Below are positions 61,401 through 64,000 of a stretch of 64,000 nucleotides of DNA, in pieces. Within the stretch, counting starts at the first letter, position 1. Every line of letters starts with the position of its first letter. The stretch comes from Rhodothermales bacterium (GTDB lineage Bacteria; Bacteroidota; Rhodothermia; Rhodothermales; Bin80), in NCBI GenBank assembly GCA_022822185.1, contig JAJECE010000050.1, positions 63,650 through 127,649 of the forward strand, given 5' to 3'. A model generated the notes under the pieces. It worked only from the letters and a program-made list of their open reading frames with translations. It had not been told where the DNA came from and made no database searches. A program made the position numbers and the translations under genes.

Positions 61401-62452
61401 CTCCGCTTGCGCACCAGTTTATCCCTCCCGGTAAAACAACAAGCACCATGCAGGTCGCTGCATCCGACGATACGGGGATTGAATCGGTTCGTCTTTATCT
61501 ATACAGATCCGATCAGGTACAACTGCCGTTTCTGGGAGATTATCGGCTCAATCCGCTGTGGACGAACCCGGACTGGTTCCGTGCATCCATTCCCATACCG
61601 GATCTTCCGCCGGGTGCAGAGTTGGGCTACTACATCATGGTCCGAGACTTTGACAGTAATCTTCGCATTCTTGGCGAAGAGCCACCAGGAGAACTTCTTA
61701 AACTGTATGCCCCTTCTCGTACCCCGCAAACGGCATTGACCAATGGCCGCCTTAACGGTACATGGACGGATTCCGAAGAGGGTTATCTTGCGCGAACCAA
61801 CACGTCTGAACGGCAATCGTCCCTCGTATTGGCACCCGCCTATTTTGCGGATCGTCCAGCACGAACGATGCTGCGCCTGCGTCACGCCTATCAGCTGAGT
61901 GAAGAAAGCCTGGGGCAGATAAGCGTAACCGAGGATGGTGGCGGAACATGGAATGCGTTGGTAGCCGGCATCGGTTATTCTGACATACACCAGTCGGGCA
62001 CAGATATATTTTTCGGGAATTCTCCCGAAGTCGTTGAGTCCTGGTTTGATCTTACATCCCTGCAGCAGCCCTATCAGTTGCGTCTGGATTTAATTCGGGG
62101 GAGACAGCAGAGAGCAGATGGGTTCTGGCAGATTTTCAGTGCAGAGTACTACCACTTAGAACGAGATACACCGGCGATTCCTTCTCCTGAAGATCTTGTA
62201 CTCTATCCAAACTTCCCGAATCCATTCACCGGCGAGACGACCATTAATTATATCCTCCCGGAAGCCGCAGATGTGCGGATTACGGTCTATAATCTTCTGG
62301 GGCAGAATATCCGGAATGTGACGGACCGGAGGCATGAGGCGGGAGGGTATGCAATTAACTTAAACCTACATGGCTTTGCACCCGGTGTATACTGGATCCG
62401 GATGCAGGCCGGTAATAAACTTCTGCAGCAGTCGATCACGCTTGTGCGTTAA
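58424..62452 (+). CDS. Secreted M36/M4-like zinc metallopeptidase with FTP/PepSY propeptide, accessory beta-domains and T9SS sorting domain
   Basis: 'FQQTLAGVPVYG', 'DANTGE', 'HEYGH', 'GEGFGDY', 'NFPNPF'. Confidence 0.85.
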   Translation: MIRSSITTLLTLFCVVTTVAQDHRLEAVQSLPEASRSLVAELNIWTDFSTTQTANGRIDNELGILRAAYRLSLDMTPESTLEATVRSWLTRDGEDFGIGAPEALQLVQEKETYGAHHLTFQQTLAGVPVYGRYVHVNLNRAGLPVMAISGYAPHLERVDAFHSVPALSAAQAESLAQRAVSRDGATSTPAELLVLPGQPPRLVWRTVAWPDDTPEEWEVLLDANTGELIQLLDQRVHSHAHPDPPPSKVDGEGQVWLYDPLTASGASYGGDYVDNNDKNNAALSALLQTVTLQDIERGGDGDYRLRGPWVRITGEDAPVESDPTDFKYTRDNPNFEAVMVYYYIDMSERYIQSLDVGRSPPSRPISADPYAFSQDNSYYLPSRRSLHFGYGGVDDAEDAGVILHEYGHAIMHHHLGFSTRPLQEWGVLGEGFGDYWAVSYRRDLMDRGLVPARDWKQVFPWDGVAWGGRRVDGNHDYDVIQRDCRGTCNIYTYGRTWASLMMKLWERIGRENADRLHLAGFSYLEPSNFKLPDMVEAIIMADEALNNGQYTADIYDIFEPKGFIESPDGIPAITHTPPDWHMDLTLPLKLEADIEAAEFSITSADLHYRLDSGEFEIKALTHEGGTKWSTELMFPASAALLEYYFRASTEVAAVTQPRSAPEDLWSVRLGPDTQAPAITYTPVMHVVPEEVRDPLSIQVTDDNAVSRVTLAYTIHDPRQERTTSGTLELQRSGSSTYTLKMPFPDVPESALPGVWVEYRIIAYDVADPPNRAVFPSLEAPQLRLDVIPGPEQLGVWNPEDWPNLGDGEWAPREDGFGYDGMLWVTVPDGPYSDKPAQSVLSFPEVNVAGHPDAHLEFWHWHDFEHSNVPRPGEAGGILYDGGQIQFSTDGGQSWSVAKPQWGYNGDIESTLSNPLSGTRAFGGSSFGWRRVRVPLPDAPAGAYRFEVHTRLAFGTGTGNSNATTDNYAGWAVRDIRVFTDPPVETTPPVVHRAPLAHQFIPPGKTTSTMQVAASDDTGIESVRLYLYRSDQVQLPFLGDYRLNPLWTNPDWFRASIPIPDLPPGAELGYYIMVRDFDSNLRILGEEPPGELLKLYAPSRTPQTALTNGRLNGTWTDSEEGYLARTNTSERQSSLVLAPAYFADRPARTMLRLRHAYQLSEESLGQISVTEDGGGTWNALVAGIGYSDIHQSGTDIFFGNSPEVVESWFDLTSLQQPYQLRLDLIRGRQQRADGFWQIFSAEYYHLERDTPAIPSPEDLVLYPNFPNPFTGETTINYILPEAADVRITVYNLLGQNIRNVTDRRHEAGGYAINLNLHGFAPGVYWIRMQAGNKLLQQSITLVR

Positions 62453-62513
62453 ACGAACGGAAGGGAACGATGCGGGTTTGAACGCTGCCAACTTATTTTA
62501 ATCAAATTAATCC

Positions 62514-63791
62514 ATGGATCATTTGGAGGGAAAGTACAAAGTGCGTGACCTCAGCCTTGCTGACAACGGTCGTATGCGAATTGAATGGGCGGAAAGCCGG
62601 ATGCCCGTGCTGATGCGTCTGCGTAAGCAATATGCAGATATTCAGCCGTTCAAGGGGTACAAGATCACCGGCTGTCTGCATGTCACCAAAGAGACCGCTG
62701 TGCTCATTGAAACTCTGGCCACCTGCGGCGCCGAAGTTTCATGGAGCGGATGCAACCCCCTTTCAACGAATGATGAGGTGGCTGCCGCGCTGGCGCTTGG
62801 TGGAATTGAAATCTATGCATGGTACGGGCAGGATGTTGAGGGCTTCTACTGGAGCATTGACCGGACCATTGACAAAGCTCCAGACACCACATTGGATGAT
62901 GGGGCGGATCTGATTTTCACGATCCATAAGCGGTTTCCACATCTTGCGGATCATATCATTGGCGGGAGCGAGGAAACCACCACCGGTGTGCAGCGGCTGC
63001 GCGCAATGGCAGACGATGGGAAACTCCTTTATCCGGTGTATGCTGTGAACGATACGGAAACCAAATGGGACTTTGACAATGTCTACGGAACCGGGCAGTC
63101 CACACTGGACGGGATCCTGCGTGCCAGCAGCGTGCTTCTTGCCGGAAAGAATCTGGTCGTAGCGGGCTATGGACACTGCGGCCGGGGCGTTGCCATTAGG
63201 GGACGCGGAATGGGGGCCAATGTGATCGTGACCGAAGTGCGCCCTGCAGCGGCCCTCAAGGCAACTCTGGACGGGATGCGTGTCATGCCCATGGAGGAGG
63301 CCGCCCGTATCGGGGATGTATTTGTAACGGCAACCGGGATGAAAGATGTGATTCGAGGATCGCACTTTGACTTGATGAAGGATGGAGCCATTGTTTGTAA
63401 TACAGGGCACTACGATGTTGAGTTAAACCTGATTGAACTCTCCGAAATCGCAACCGCAAAACGGGATATCCGCCCCAATAACCGTGAGTATACGCGATCA
63501 GACGGAGTCAGAATTTATGTGCTGGCAGACGGGCGGCTGGTCAACCTTGCGGCAGCAGAGGGGCATCCCTCCGAAGTAATGGACATGAGTTTTGCCAACC
63601 AGTTTATGGCCCACCTGGGACTGATTCAGGCCAAAGAAAGCGGGGAGGAACTGCCACGCAGGGTGATTGACCTGCCTGCCTCGGTCGATGAAGAGATTGC
63701 CCGCCTGAAACTGGATACAATGGGCCTCAGGATTGACACCCTGACCCTGGAGCAAGAGAGGTATGCGAGTGATTACTCGGCGGGCACTTAG
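62514..63791 (+). CDS. ahcY: Adenosylhomocysteinase
   Basis: 'GCLHVT.ETAVL', 'EETTTG', 'GYGHCGRG', 'GRLVNL..AEGHP'. Confidence 0.97.
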   Translation: MDHLEGKYKVRDLSLADNGRMRIEWAESRMPVLMRLRKQYADIQPFKGYKITGCLHVTKETAVLIETLATCGAEVSWSGCNPLSTNDEVAAALALGGIEIYAWYGQDVEGFYWSIDRTIDKAPDTTLDDGADLIFTIHKRFPHLADHIIGGSEETTTGVQRLRAMADDGKLLYPVYAVNDTETKWDFDNVYGTGQSTLDGILRASSVLLAGKNLVVAGYGHCGRGVAIRGRGMGANVIVTEVRPAAALKATLDGMRVMPMEEAARIGDVFVTATGMKDVIRGSHFDLMKDGAIVCNTGHYDVELNLIELSEIATAKRDIRPNNREYTRSDGVRIYVLADGRLVNLAAAEGHPSEVMDMSFANQFMAHLGLIQAKESGEELPRRVIDLPASVDEEIARLKLDTMGLRIDTLTLEQERYASDYSAGT

Positions 63792-64000
63792 ACATCCCAC
63801 TCCAGAATGTCCTCTTCGGATTTTTCTTTGGTTTTCCACTCCTCCGCATCAGGCAGTGGGTCTTTGCGCTCAATGATATTGTAGTCCTGCTCCTGCCATT
63901 TTTCTGCAAGGTAGGTGTTCCAGTCGGCGTAGTGCGCCCACTTTTCAGGCACCTCGTCATCTGGATAGATGGCCTCTACCGGACACACCGGTACGCATGC
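63788..64000 (-). CDS. Ferredoxin, FdxA-like (5' partial)
   Basis: 'ACVPVCPVEAIYPDDEVPEKW'. Confidence 0.8.
   Translation of the reverse strand, partial: ACVPVCPVEAIYPDDEVPEKWAHYADWNTYLAEKWQEQDYNIIERKDPLPDAEEWKTKEKSEEDILEWDV

Noticed and set aside
1-64000. tRNA, rRNA, integrase or prophage genes
   Set aside because: No recognisable signatures seen by eye

Overview
64-kb chromosomal window from a Bacteroidota/Rhodothermota-like bacterium. The taxon is inferred from three proteins with T9SS type-A sorting tails (NYPNPFN-like), an HC1-like histone-like protein and Bacteroidota-style TonB. Most of the window is housekeeping and envelope genes: M16 peptidase, NfeD/flotillin, amtB-PII, PPi-type PFK, ECF sigma + MacAB-like exporter, nnr, mog, hisI, fur, fabF-acpP, metK, ahcY. 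Small accessory patches are interspersed. Main observations: (1) a lone, catalytically intact tnpB enclosed by 24-bp terminal inverted repeats (23/24 match, ends GGGAATTAT, like IS1595/ISNwi1 ends), although canonical tnpB-bearing IS200/IS605 elements have no TIRs; (2) a birth-and-death tandem array of short TonB-C-terminal-domain lipoproteins copied from the 3' half of tonB; (3) a three-gene cassette: six-cysteine secreted peptide, beta-propeller, CxxS thioredoxin-like protein; (4) a ~195-nt multi-stem structured RNA candidate and a 3x31-bp palindromic operator-like array upstream of amtB; (5) a homologue of plant DUF579 glucuronoxylan methyltransferases; (6) decaying defence modules (frameshifted Panacea antitoxin with an unknown partner, EcoRI-type MTase with a broken DUF262-HNH nuclease) plus an intact GmrSD-like gene. 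All assignments come from reading motifs by eye; no database searches were run.
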